Virus record (IMG/VR): IMGVR_UViG_3300042304_001334
Location: 4,033-68,032 of that record
Strand: one strand, 5' to 3'
Source: a virus
Taxonomy: Duplodnaviria; Caudoviricetes
Length of the DNA stretch: 64,000 bases
Shown: in pieces, positions 30,695 to 41,700 of the stretch
Layout: each line of letters opens with the position of its first letter
How positions within the stretch are numbered: the stretch's first letter is position 1
Translations under genes and position numbers: made by a program
Notes under the pieces: generated by a model
The model's input: the letters and a program-made list of their open reading frames with translations, nothing else
Database searches by the model: none
Told to the model about the DNA's origin: nothing

Positions 30695-32233
30695 TTATGC
30701 AGTCGTTGTTGCTGCGGCTGCACCCACATCGCCTGCGGCTTGTGATTTGCTTCTGCCCATTCCGGGTACATACATGTATAATTTTCCAAATCCAAGTGCT
30801 ACAAACTCCAGTGTTTTGATCTTGGACTCATCGTACAACACTGCGTCGTTGGTTCCCTTCTTTTTATTAATGATGATCATTCTCTTGTACTTTCCTATTA
30901 CAAGATTTATAACTTCGTCCTGTACTCTTTTTTCATCCCAATTCTCTCTAAAGAAAGCCAGCTTCATTGCCTTGTCTGCGATTGCGTCATCGCCTTCTTC
31001 GTCCTTGGGAGATATCGGCACATTCAATGTAGTTTCTTCTCCCTGTGTGGAATCTATTGCTGCACTTAGTTCAGGTACTTTGTCGTCGGGTACTTTAAAT
31101 TCACGGTGTTTATTTCCAATGTCAATTTCCACCGATCCAATTGATTTTTTTTCTTTGTTTTCTGGATTATTTTTTCTTTGAATTATCTTCTCGGATATTA
31201 AAAAAATTGAATCTAGTAAAAATTTTGAAACTTCGCCTACTTTTGGATCTTTAAAAAATGAATTGATTGCAGTTTCGTGTTTTTCCAAATTTGAATCCGT
31301 TCCAATGTCAGGATACAACCCCCCATTACTTATGCCTTTGTCGTTCAATACCTTGAGCATGAAGTCTTTCATTTTTGGCGTTTTGTTTACAGCAAGAGCA
31401 AGTTCATGTATTGCAATATTAAACTTTGAATTTGAAAACCCAGTCAAAGTCGGCGCACTTATTGCAATTGTGGCACCTGTCACTTCTTTGACTTCCACCC
31501 CGCCTTGTTTATCTGCAAGTTCAGCAAACAAAATATCCATTTCAGTTCCGCCACCAGACCTTGCGCCTTTCAGAATAAAAACAATAGGTATTTCTCCACG
31601 GCCACCGCCAGCAAATTTAACATCATCAATTGCATTGATCAATGATTGAAATTCTGGGTATTTAGTTCCCTTGTATATTTCAATGGCTTCTTCAATCGTT
31701 GGTATACTATCATACATGGATTTGTATTTTTTTACCAAAGATTGGTTTGGAAAAGTTTCAAATACTCTTTTCAATTTTTGTACATTTGCTATAGACACCG
31801 ATTTACGATTTCTCAACGATTTTAATTTTTCATCTTTCTCGGCTTTTACCAAAGCATCGCTCTGATTTTCTTTATTTCCTATCTTATAAGTCTTATCTGG
31901 AAATTCGCGTGGACCTTTATATATGGATTTATCTGGATATTTGTTTTGTTCCGGGTGTCCAACTGATATAAAATGCAGTATCTTTTTGCGGTCCTTTGGA
32001 TCAATTACTTTAAAAATATAATCACGGTCATCACCATATACTTTGGGTTCTTCACCCTCGGTAAACACCGGGGCCGTGACTTCTCCAATTTCAGATTCAG
32101 ACAATCCATACTCAAGTAGCATATCTTCAAATATTTCTGCATTCTCCGGTGTGCTATAACCACCAACCAATCCATCATGCGAACGCATTGCCCACTCATT
32201 CAAAATGTCGTTTATGATTTTGTTTTTGTCCAT
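30695..32233 (-). CDS. hypothetical protein, possible PD-(D/E)xK-like domain
   Basis: GRGE...MDI...VEVK pattern; TATTTATA 4 nt upstream of ATG. Confidence 0.6.
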   Translation of the reverse strand: MDKNKIINDILNEWAMRSHDGLVGGYSTPENAEIFEDMLLEYGLSESEIGEVTAPVFTEGEEPKVYGDDRDYIFKVIDPKDRKKILHFISVGHPEQNKYPDKSIYKGPREFPDKTYKIGNKENQSDALVKAEKDEKLKSLRNRKSVSIANVQKLKRVFETFPNQSLVKKYKSMYDSIPTIEEAIEIYKGTKYPEFQSLINAIDDVKFAGGGRGEIPIVFILKGARSGGGTEMDILFAELADKQGGVEVKEVTGATIAISAPTLTGFSNSKFNIAIHELALAVNKTPKMKDFMLKVLNDKGISNGGLYPDIGTDSNLEKHETAINSFFKDPKVGEVSKFLLDSIFLISEKIIQRKNNPENKEKKSIGSVEIDIGNKHREFKVPDDKVPELSAAIDSTQGEETTLNVPISPKDEEGDDAIADKAMKLAFFRENWDEKRVQDEVINLVIGKYKRMIIINKKKGTNDAVLYDESKIKTLEFVALGFGKLYMYVPGMGRSKSQAAGDVGAAAATTTA

Positions 32234-32296
32234 GGTATATAAATATTCATATATACCACAAAACCGCCTATGATATATACAACTATATTATAAATA

Positions 32297-33664
32297 TCAA
32301 GCAAGATCAATATGCTTCATATCTTTGTAATTTTTACCAATATATACTTTGACCGGAAACTTGTCGCGTTCCATGATACTTTTTAGTCTTTTTATAGTAT
32401 CCATCTTGTCGTCTTTGTGCATATCAAACAATATGCTGTCATATGTATATAGCACAGTCTTACTTTTCTTGTTTTTTAGGTATTCTAATAGATCACCTAA
32501 AACATCTACTGCCATCTCGGTTTCAAATGCTTGTAATATATAATTAAACAATTTGCTTGGATTGGCTTGTGGAATATGACAAGTCTTGATTTTTCTTTTA
32601 TATTTGGGAGTTTCAATATATCCATTCTCATTATAGAACTTCCATCTATGGTCAATATACTCTTGAATCTTGGCAAAGTATGGTATGTGCAGCCATTTCT
32701 TATCAAACCCTCCATAGATCTGTGGAAAGGTATATGCTTTGGCTACTGCAATATCTTCTTCATTGGCTGCTTTCTTATTAAAATAATACTTGGATAGATA
32801 AGCATATGGATTTTCATTCTTTTCCATATGAAAGTTGACCAAATGAGCAATAAGACGAGGATGAAAAGCATTATAATCCATCATAACAAGCATACCATCA
32901 TTGCCATGTCTACTCACAAAACATGTTCTGCTATCATCGCTTTTATTTAAAGCAGCATAATTTACACTTGCAAAACGATTGCTTGGTCTGCCTGTTGAAG
33001 TCAACAAGTTATATTGTGTATATACCAGATTGTTTTTTACATGCTTGGTTTGTTCATTACCAAATTCTTCAGTAAAATCCTCATTCACGCATATGCCATT
33101 GGCTTCAAGTTCTGCAAAACAGTTTGTGGTGGTATTGTTTACAAACTTAAATCCATCTTCTTTTATAATACTTGTGTCTAGTTCATCAATACCTTTTATT
33201 TTTTCCATGAATGAGCGAGCATGCTTTAGCAATGGCACACACATGTTTACATCTGGTACATTTCTAAAATTATTTTCAACAAACTTGTGAGCATTGGTAT
33301 TATAGTCAGTATCATCAATTTTACCGTCGCTCAAATACTTTATCAAATTAACATCCACAAAATCATAATCTTCGCCCATCAATTGCACCATATTCTTTTT
33401 GTCTATAACAAACTTGTTGCGAATACTGATTTTCAATGCTTCTTTGATTTTATACAAAGATTCTGGTGGAGTCGAACCTTCATTGTGTTTTATTGGCACG
33501 CACCAATATGATTTTGATATCAAAAAGTAAAAGAACAAAACACTAACTTCATTATTTGCAATATGCTTTTCTGCGTCCATATACACTGCATCTATCACCA
33601 TAATATCTGATGTGATATGAGACATCAACAATTCCAAGTCAAAATCTGTTTCTACAATTTGCAC
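32297..33664 (-). CDS. divergent family A DNA polymerase
   Basis: TSTGRPS, motif A MDYNAFHPRL, motif B AKAYTFPQIYG, NYILQAFE, motif C YTYDSILFD. Confidence 0.8.
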   Translation of the reverse strand: MQIVETDFDLELLMSHITSDIMVIDAVYMDAEKHIANNEVSVLFFYFLISKSYWCVPIKHNEGSTPPESLYKIKEALKISIRNKFVIDKKNMVQLMGEDYDFVDVNLIKYLSDGKIDDTDYNTNAHKFVENNFRNVPDVNMCVPLLKHARSFMEKIKGIDELDTSIIKEDGFKFVNNTTTNCFAELEANGICVNEDFTEEFGNEQTKHVKNNLVYTQYNLLTSTGRPSNRFASVNYAALNKSDDSRTCFVSRHGNDGMLVMMDYNAFHPRLIAHLVNFHMEKNENPYAYLSKYYFNKKAANEEDIAVAKAYTFPQIYGGFDKKWLHIPYFAKIQEYIDHRWKFYNENGYIETPKYKRKIKTCHIPQANPSKLFNYILQAFETEMAVDVLGDLLEYLKNKKSKTVLYTYDSILFDMHKDDKMDTIKRLKSIMERDKFPVKVYIGKNYKDMKHIDLA

Positions 33665-33670
33665 ATATTC

Positions 33671-33699
33671 ACGTTGAATGAAATTTGTGCGTTTGTCAA
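33671..33699 (-). promoter_or_regulatory. sigma70-like promoter TTGACA-N17-CAACGT, likely leaderless
   Basis: 6 nt before the GTG at 33664. Confidence 0.6.
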
Positions 33700-33706
33700 A
33701 CAGATA

Positions 33707-34096
33707 TCAACGACCCTGCCAATATTCCAAAAGATTGTTCAAAGTGCGAGATAGATCAACTTCATCTTCTCGCATCACTCTGTCAATTTCGGATCTATTT
33801 TGATCCATCACACCGGCATTGTTCATAATACCGTTTAAAAATACGTCATGTTTCTGGCCTGAGATTTTCCATTTGATACTTGTAATTTTATACAACGGAC
33901 TTGTGTTTTGAGATGCAGTAGTATTTTTTATTTCAATAACCAAATTTTCATTTATTTTTTTGGCAAAATATCTAACAATATATCCATTCTCATAATCTTT
34001 GCTAGTTGGTGCTGGTTTATATCTTGCCATTATTGTTAATGTGCCAACTCCATCAAATTCTCCATATGAATTTTTTAATGTATCGTTGTATATCAT
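33707..34096 (-). CDS. hypothetical protein of the tail/baseplate region
   Basis: PTSKDYENGYIVRYFAKKIN; start chosen at the ATGA overlap with the upstream stop. Confidence 0.7.
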   Translation of the reverse strand: MIYNDTLKNSYGEFDGVGTLTIMARYKPAPTSKDYENGYIVRYFAKKINENLVIEIKNTTASQNTSPLYKITSIKWKISGQKHDVFLNGIMNNAGVMDQNRSEIDRVMREDEVDLSRTLNNLLEYWQGR

Positions 34097-36456
34097 AACA
34101 CTGTGAGTGGTCTCACTTGCGCCACTATAGTTGTTGTCCAATTCTTGTCTTCTATAGATTGTTTAGTGTCTGATACCTGCCACACCGCATTGGAATAATT
34201 ATATGTTTCCGGTGCATGGTCTATAGTAAATTGTGATAAAAAATTCATTCCGGATATTCCAAGAAGTTCCAAAGTCAAAGTTGTGTTTGGCATTATTGCG
34301 TTGTTCTGATACACAGCTTTTGTGTCGGGTATAGATAATACATAATTCATGAATTGCTTTTCTGGTTCGCATATATAATATTTTTGTAGTTTGCCAGAGA
34401 GATCTTTTTTGTAATAAATACAATCTTTGAATTTCTCTTCGGACCTTTCCAATTGCTTTTTCTTAAGCGCAGCTGCTTCTTCTTTTTGCTGTTGAGCAAG
34501 TTCTTGAAGTTCCTGTGCATTCGGCTGTTGTTGCTTGCCGGGTGTTATGTCTGATGCGACTGCACTTGACAAATTTCCTTTTTCATACAACCGATCACCG
34601 TCGGAATATCTACTTTCTATGGGATCAGCCTTAACGTTTTTTGTCTGAGTTGATCCATCTCTATCATTGCCAGGATTTGCGCTTTGCATTACCAATTGGC
34701 TCATCATCTCAGAACTTACTTTGACATCAAATGAAATAGATTTTATTGAATTGTTATTTACAGATCCCAATGAAATTCTTGGAAGTCTGGCAGCGTCACT
34801 AACAGTTGATATTGCTGGTAAATTTTCATCATATACAGAATATTTTTCATTTCCATATTCAGCCGGAATAAGTTTCAGCTGACATATTTGACACAATGCT
34901 TCGTTGATGTCCTGCAAAAGTTGTTCAATTAATTTTAACAACGAATCATTTTTTTCTACCAATGATACAAAATGGTCCGACTTTATAAATATATCTTTTA
35001 AATATCCCCAATATCCAGACTTTAATGCCTGTGAAAATTCGGGCTCTACATCTTCATATATATCAGTATATACATCAACATCTTCATATACTGGAAAAGA
35101 TTTTCCGTATGGATTTATAACCGACTTTAAATCATCAAATTTTATTGAATCTAGTTTATATTCATCTGTTATTCTTTCGGATCTTTGCTTGAAAAGATTG
35201 GTATATGTCGCATCTTCGACTGTTGCAGTTGTTGCTGCGGTATCTTTGAATATAAATCTTGGGGCGTATTGATTGGGAACAAGAATATTTTTTCCAACCG
35301 ATTTTATGAAGGGACTTGATGCTATTTTTGTTTCAGATATGTCAAAGTTTCGTATTTTTCCATTGCATGGGTCGGACATTGTGACTTCAAAAAAAGAATT
35401 AATAATGTTTGCCACCAAATCCATTCTTAGCCACATTCCCGGTTTGTTGGATGAACTATCGTCATTTTTTATTCTAAAAATAGTTTCTTTTATGTTATCT
35501 CTATAATATGTTTGGTATCCTTCATCATCATATGCTTTTTCGCCAATGTTTAGGTCGCTTCGCATTTTTACCATTTTTGGTTTGTCCGAATCAATATTTT
35601 TTAAATCTCGACTAACAAATTCCTTGAAATTTTTTATTGGTAGTTGGTTATTTCCATCCTTGATTGTTACGGTTTTATTATTGAGTTGTTCACCTTCAAC
35701 AAGTCGGCTGGCATTTATTATGGTCGTTGAACAATCATATCCACCGGCTTCATTCATTTTTATTGTATAATCAACTACAAATCCTATACCAGCATCATAG
35801 TTTCCATTTGATGATTTTAAATATTCCAATGTATATGACGGATCGGTGAACATCTTATTTATCCAATCCAAATCTGTTAGATCAACTAGCGAATTTGTAT
35901 CGTAATTACTCCATCCCCATTCAACCAAACATGTTATTCTGGGTGTAAGGAAGTATGGTGTGAGATAGTTCAATTGTGCAAGTGAATGACACTTCCAATT
36001 AATCGTTACTTTTCTGCATGCGTTTGGAAAACCTGCGTTTGACCCTGCCATCTCGCAAGTGACCGAATCCACGCTTGGCGGTGGGCGGTGTGAAAAATCG
36101 GATCTGTTTATGAATTTTTTATCTCTACCTTCTGACACAGACGTGTCGGTTTTTATTTTATGTGGTAAACCCCGCGCATCTACTCCTATAGTATTTTTTT
36201 TATCAGGTGTAAATCCAAAACTTTCCTCAAAGTCGTATACTCCACCCAAAACAAATCCGTCAAGTTTACTTGCACCTTCCAATTTTGATTTTCCGTTTGA
36301 AAAAAATCGCACCCACGCAGTTCTTGGTCCACTATATGGACCTTCGTCTGCAAGTATGTTGATATCATACTCTTGTCCTCTGCGTTGCATTTCTTCATAT
36401 ACCCAAGTTGGTAATGGATGTAATCCCCACGGTACTACGGAAATAATGTCACTCAT
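34093..36456 (-). CDS. putative baseplate hub/tail structural protein
   Basis: 787 aa after tape measure and LysM-like genes; LVEWGWS; C-terminal TLELLGISG...WQVSD...WTT. Confidence 0.55.
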   Translation of the reverse strand: MSDIISVVPWGLHPLPTWVYEEMQRRGQEYDINILADEGPYSGPRTAWVRFFSNGKSKLEGASKLDGFVLGGVYDFEESFGFTPDKKNTIGVDARGLPHKIKTDTSVSEGRDKKFINRSDFSHRPPPSVDSVTCEMAGSNAGFPNACRKVTINWKCHSLAQLNYLTPYFLTPRITCLVEWGWSNYDTNSLVDLTDLDWINKMFTDPSYTLEYLKSSNGNYDAGIGFVVDYTIKMNEAGGYDCSTTIINASRLVEGEQLNNKTVTIKDGNNQLPIKNFKEFVSRDLKNIDSDKPKMVKMRSDLNIGEKAYDDEGYQTYYRDNIKETIFRIKNDDSSSNKPGMWLRMDLVANIINSFFEVTMSDPCNGKIRNFDISETKIASSPFIKSVGKNILVPNQYAPRFIFKDTAATTATVEDATYTNLFKQRSERITDEYKLDSIKFDDLKSVINPYGKSFPVYEDVDVYTDIYEDVEPEFSQALKSGYWGYLKDIFIKSDHFVSLVEKNDSLLKLIEQLLQDINEALCQICQLKLIPAEYGNEKYSVYDENLPAISTVSDAARLPRISLGSVNNNSIKSISFDVKVSSEMMSQLVMQSANPGNDRDGSTQTKNVKADPIESRYSDGDRLYEKGNLSSAVASDITPGKQQQPNAQELQELAQQQKEEAAALKKKQLERSEEKFKDCIYYKKDLSGKLQKYYICEPEKQFMNYVLSIPDTKAVYQNNAIMPNTTLTLELLGISGMNFLSQFTIDHAPETYNYSNAVWQVSDTKQSIEDKNWTTTIVAQVRPLTVL

Positions 36457-36461
36457 AACTA

Positions 36462-36779
36462 TTATATGCTATTTTCTCTATTAAAATTATTTACAATTAA
36501 ATTTATGTTCTGCGGTATTCTTACTTGCTGGCCTGTGGGTGCTTTTAATGTTGCCTTTATGCCATTGGCTTGAGCAATTACCCACCATAGCGTACTGTCT
36601 TTATAAAACTTATATGCAAGACTGTCAAGATAATCCGTATCACTTGCTATTATATATATGTCATCAAATCCTATTGGAATTTTTGGATATCGAGTGGTTT
36701 TGTATACGCGTTTACCATCGTATCTTTTGGATATATTATTATTTTGTGTATATCTATTCATTTTGCTTTTTATATTCAA
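36462..36779 (-). CDS. LysM-like baseplate protein
   Basis: DYLDSLAYKFYKDSTLWWVIAQANGI...GQQVRIP. Confidence 0.8.
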   Translation of the reverse strand: MNIKSKMNRYTQNNNISKRYDGKRVYKTTRYPKIPIGFDDIYIIASDTDYLDSLAYKFYKDSTLWWVIAQANGIKATLKAPTGQQVRIPQNINLIVNNFNRENSI

Positions 36780-38713
36780 CTGGCTACAAAATCTCCGCTT
36801 CCCATCTTCATTTCCCAGTCATTTTCGCGTTCCTTTGGACCAAAATGATTTTCGTTGGTAATTGACTGTTTTCTTTCAATCAATGCAAGTTGCACAGTCA
36901 CGTCTATAATATTGGGAAGTTGCTTGGAAGTTGCGTCGATTGTGAGTTCTTTAGTTTTACCAAAAAAATATTTATAAGTATCATCTCTTAATGTTTCCCA
37001 AGTAGCATCATCTGGTATTGATATGGCCACGTTTCTTAATATGGCTGGCTGGTCATCATATAAATCTCCAATTCTAAAACGTATCATAGGTGGAACTATA
37101 AATTGACTTTCTCTTCCAGAAGTGTCTATATAATTATCTCCCAATCCAAGACCATTTGCAAATTCATTCACTGCTGTGGTATCTTCGTTTGTAACTGTGG
37201 CTTTGCCTGTATAACCGCTTGGTCGGGTCAGTCCCACAAGATAATTTATTCTTTTCCACATAGGAACAAGTTCTCGTATGCTATTGGCATATACTTTGAA
37301 AGTGAAAGTTGCATCGCGAGAAAATCCCTTGTATATATAAAGATTATCTGCTCTGCCCATATATTTTACCGTTTCCCAATCCGCTGTATTGTTGTCTGTT
37401 ATACTAGAAATTGTTGCTCTGAAAGGTATATATATCTCGTTGACCAAATCGTAAAAATAAAAAAATATGAGATCTCTGGATTGATCGCTATCATTTAAAT
37501 ACATATCTCGTTTGTTTTTTGTTGGCAAAAGTGAATTGTATTCATCTTGCTCACCTATTTCGTTTATATCCGTGTTTGCTTTTGCAAAGCTGCGATTATC
37601 TATCTTGATCTCATCTACAACTCCTCCATTTTCTTTGAGATAATCCAAGAATGGACCAGACAACACAGTAGATTTTTCAACAACATCTGCTTTGCTATTT
37701 TCTGGATATATTGCAGCATAATTGTTGTATTCGTGAACCCCTATGTCCAGATTTGTAGTATATCTTTCAGCAGATGCTCTAAATTGAGCAGTACCGGTTG
37801 TTTCATTGGCCGGTTTTAGGTTTCTAACCATTCTTTTATAAATACTTATTATATTTGTTTTGCTTCCTGCACCAACAAAAAACGGCGACATTATTGTTGT
37901 TCCGGAATTTGCATCTACTCCCACGGCTTGCGACTGTATCGTATTGGTCTGGGATGTGGAGTTTTGAATGAAAGCGCCAATAGTTTGATTTTTAATTGCA
38001 TCAGGTGATGCGTAATATGAATATTTTGAGTTTGGGTCTATACTGTCTGGGTAGTATTTATGGAACGCAGACACCGGTATCAACTTAGATGGTATATTTC
38101 CTGCAAATGTGGCAGTGTCATTATAGAATAAATTGGAACTGTTGGCTGTGCTATATGCTCCAAGGTTATTATTTCCATCATCTTTAAAAAAATGATATGC
38201 TCCATCATATTTTGACTGGCGTTCACTTCCATTAGAATACTCCGGTCTATATTCCCATTGAATAATACCTGTTCCGGAGGTACCATAATTATTAAAACTT
38301 GGATCTGACCATATTCTCGAGAAATTAACATATCCATCCATCGCAGTTTTGTATCTCAATGAACCATACTTGGCGTCTCCTTTAAGCAAAACAAAGTTTG
38401 CAAATGGACCAGTTGCAGTTCCTTGAATTTTACCATTGTCCAATTGTAATCCATTATATTTAGCAGAACTTAGTTTGGCTGTCTGATAATTGAGAGGTAT
38501 ATTTCTATCTATACCAATGCGAGCAGTCAAATCTGACGGAAGATCATTCTTGGTTAAATAATCTGGATTAAATATTTTATCTTCTCTCGCATAATATATG
38601 TTTCTTCTATCATCATTGGTTAATCTTTTTATTGGATAAATACCATCTGATGGAGTCGTTAATACATTAAGTATGAATTTTCCAATAGACTTTAATGCGG
38701 TGTTGAGTGACAT
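36776..38713 (-). CDS. putative tail tube initiator/baseplate protein
   Basis: Directly after tape measure; C-terminal IPFRA, W...YMGRAD..Y.YKGFSR, PPMIRFRIGD. Confidence 0.55.
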   Translation of the reverse strand: MSLNTALKSIGKFILNVLTTPSDGIYPIKRLTNDDRRNIYYAREDKIFNPDYLTKNDLPSDLTARIGIDRNIPLNYQTAKLSSAKYNGLQLDNGKIQGTATGPFANFVLLKGDAKYGSLRYKTAMDGYVNFSRIWSDPSFNNYGTSGTGIIQWEYRPEYSNGSERQSKYDGAYHFFKDDGNNNLGAYSTANSSNLFYNDTATFAGNIPSKLIPVSAFHKYYPDSIDPNSKYSYYASPDAIKNQTIGAFIQNSTSQTNTIQSQAVGVDANSGTTIMSPFFVGAGSKTNIISIYKRMVRNLKPANETTGTAQFRASAERYTTNLDIGVHEYNNYAAIYPENSKADVVEKSTVLSGPFLDYLKENGGVVDEIKIDNRSFAKANTDINEIGEQDEYNSLLPTKNKRDMYLNDSDQSRDLIFFYFYDLVNEIYIPFRATISSITDNNTADWETVKYMGRADNLYIYKGFSRDATFTFKVYANSIRELVPMWKRINYLVGLTRPSGYTGKATVTNEDTTAVNEFANGLGLGDNYIDTSGRESQFIVPPMIRFRIGDLYDDQPAILRNVAISIPDDATWETLRDDTYKYFFGKTKELTIDATSKQLPNIIDVTVQLALIERKQSITNENHFGPKERENDWEMKMGSGDFVAS

Positions 38714-38725
38714 ATTCTATAAATA

Positions 38726-41700
38726 TTATGATACCCTTGCAAGCGCCTTTGACACCAACGTTCCATCCATGTGTACAGCAACTGCACCACCCGTCAGTAG
38801 GTTTATTAGCTCATCAAGCTTTGATATCATCGCATCAGAATTATTATTAACATTAACTACAGGTGTTGCACCACCGGCTGCGCCGCCAAGTGAGGATATT
38901 GCATCTGTTAATTTATCTATACTCATCTTGAGTTCATCCATATTTACGATTTCAACCATATGATTGATCTTACTTTCTACTATTGATTTTGCTTCAATAG
39001 CAGCCTTTGATGCGTCTTTTCCTCCAAAAAATCTACCAATTAATGGAATGCTACTTACAAATTCCATAACTTTTTTGAATGCTGAAGAAAGCGTGTTGAA
39101 AATTGTTCCACCCATTGATTTTATTGCATCCACAATCATACGCGCTATGCCAACGTTTTTTCCAAATATTCCAGACACAAAATTCATAACTTTTTTGAAC
39201 GGACTTGATAGCGCATCAAATATCATTGAACCAACAGATGTAAGTCCGTCAACTAGCATAAGTCCAATTCCGGATGGGGATTCTCCAGCAAGTTGGGAAT
39301 CGCTTTTAAACCAACCAAGAAATTTTTTGAATGGCCATTTAAGCACATCAAACACTATGTTTTTAATACTGCTAAGTCCATCAACAATCTTATCGGTGAA
39401 TCCGTCGCCAAATAACTTTCTTGAAATCCATTCCCCAATATCCACAAACACCGAAAGAAATACATCATACAATACCGCCGGAATTGCCACCAGTGCCTTT
39501 AGTATTTTTTCACCGGGATTTAAACTGTCGTCGTTCCATAGGTCAATAAATTTGCTGCCAAGTTTATATATTGCTTCCAAACCACTGATGACCCAGCCTA
39601 TAAATGGTACTTTTTTTATTCCAATAGAGAAAATTTTTAAAAATTTTGTTCCAAATTTTCCAAGGAATGTGAATAATCTTGCAAAAACTCCACCACCACT
39701 GGCAATTCCACCAAAAAATCGAGACACCGCTGTGCCCATATTCTTAAATATAGAAATTATGGTTCCACCAAATTCCATGATTTTTGGTCCCAGAATTGAT
39801 CCAAAAAGATTTTTAATTGATGTAAAAAATATAGAAAATGCATCACCGATGGGTTTTAGTATGGTTTTTAATGCGGAAACCCTTCCTCCGACATAACCAA
39901 AAAACGCAGAAACGCTTCTGCCAATACCAGAGAACATACCAGCACCAGAAAACGCACTGGACAATGCGGTTTTTAATGCGGAAACCCTTCCTCCGACATA
40001 ACCAAAAAACGCAGAAACGCTTCTGCCAATACCAGTACCAGAAAACACATTGGAGACTGCAGTTCCAATATTTTTGAATGCTGTCCAAATTTGACCAACT
40101 CTCAAACTCATGAGTCTAAAATATGCGTTAGTGCGTCCAAGTGTTCCTGTAAAAAAACTCCACCAAAGATATATTTTTGCTATTCCGCCCGCTAATTCTC
40201 CTAGTTTTTCCATCCATTTGGCGGCGCTTTCTGTGAATTTTGCCACCCCAGCCATCGCCTTTTCCATTGACATGGCGCTATTGTTTCCGGATCTCAAGGA
40301 GCTTCCAATGATATCAAATGGTTTCAACATTCCTTTCACAAATGAAGAAATTAATTTTATTGGTATTATAAGCAGTCTAACCGCCGTTATTATAATAGGC
40401 ATTATAATATTTGCAATTGGAAGCAATGCGTCTGATATATCGGTCCAAATTTGTTTGAAAGAATTTGTAAGTTTGTTTAATTCGGTCTGACGCATCTGTC
40501 TCTTTACAAGTTCTTCTCCTTGCTTTACAAGATCATTTGTTCCAGCCTTTTCATCCTCTCTTAGTTTTTTCTGCATCGCCATATATTCTTTAAACATTTC
40601 TGGGCGTTCTTTTTCTAATGCAGCTAATATTTTTGTCTGATTTTGCTGTTGAATAATTTCGTCAACTGTCATATGAGCCGCCTTTGCAACTTCTTCTTGT
40701 TGTAGAATATCCAACTTATTAAAATCTCCAAGTTTTGAAATTTCTTTCAATGCAAGTTGTCTTGATTTTACAATGTCTTTTTCAAATGCAGCTCTTCTGG
40801 CAGCTTGGAAGTTTAGAGACTTTCCAACCATGGCTGATGCTGTTAATTCAGATGTTATTGAATCTTGAAAATTTAAAAATCCCCTAGATGACTTTGATAA
40901 AGAATTGATGGTTGTTCCAAGTCTTCTGGCTTCAACCGCAGCTCTCATCAAAGCTAAAGGACTTTTTGATAAGAATTTTAAAGAGTCTTCGGATGCTTCT
41001 GCAATATCCTTCATTACCATAGCAGGAGCAACTCCTCCCATTTCAGCAAGTCGTGCAGCTGCGCCCATCATTTGAGTGGCAGTAATTCCAGACGATTTTG
41101 ATATTGAAGTAAAAATGCTTCTTATCTTGGCAGAATCTTCAACCGATATTCCTAAATTTGCTGCCATTTGAGCAGTATCTTTTACCATATCTTTGGTTAC
41201 TATACCAATTACTTGAAATTGATTGGTTAATGCAGATGCTGCTCCATATGCTTCATCCAATCCAACTCCAATCTGAGCCATTTCAGCATTTACTTCTCTT
41301 GCAGAATTATTCAACTCTCTTGTTTGAGAAACTAAAAATCCGGTTTTAATTCTAAATTCTCCGGCTGCTTTATCCAATTCTTTCCAGCGTTCTAATGAAG
41401 CTTGCAATAATGCCAGCCATGCAGTCAATCCACCTTTGGCAACATCCATTACCAATGATTTTATTTTTCCAAATTCTTTTGATTCTTCAGTGAGTGGTTT
41501 TATTAATGCTTCATGAAGTTTGCCCACTTTTTCTGCAAGTTCTTTTCTGTCTGTTTCTGTTCTATATATCTTTTCACCAAGGATTAAATTTGCTTTAAGT
41601 TTGGTTTCTTGTCGTTGCAATGCAACTAAAATATTATCGCGCATCTCACTTTGAAGCTTTGTATTTTGTGTTATCTGTCTTTCTAGTTCAAGAGATTTAT

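Noticed and set aside
38964-39896. Long plus-strand ORFs (also 14705-15475, 11212-11964, 12424-12981)
   Set aside because: Antisense shadows of well-supported minus-strand genes, with no motifs or promoters.
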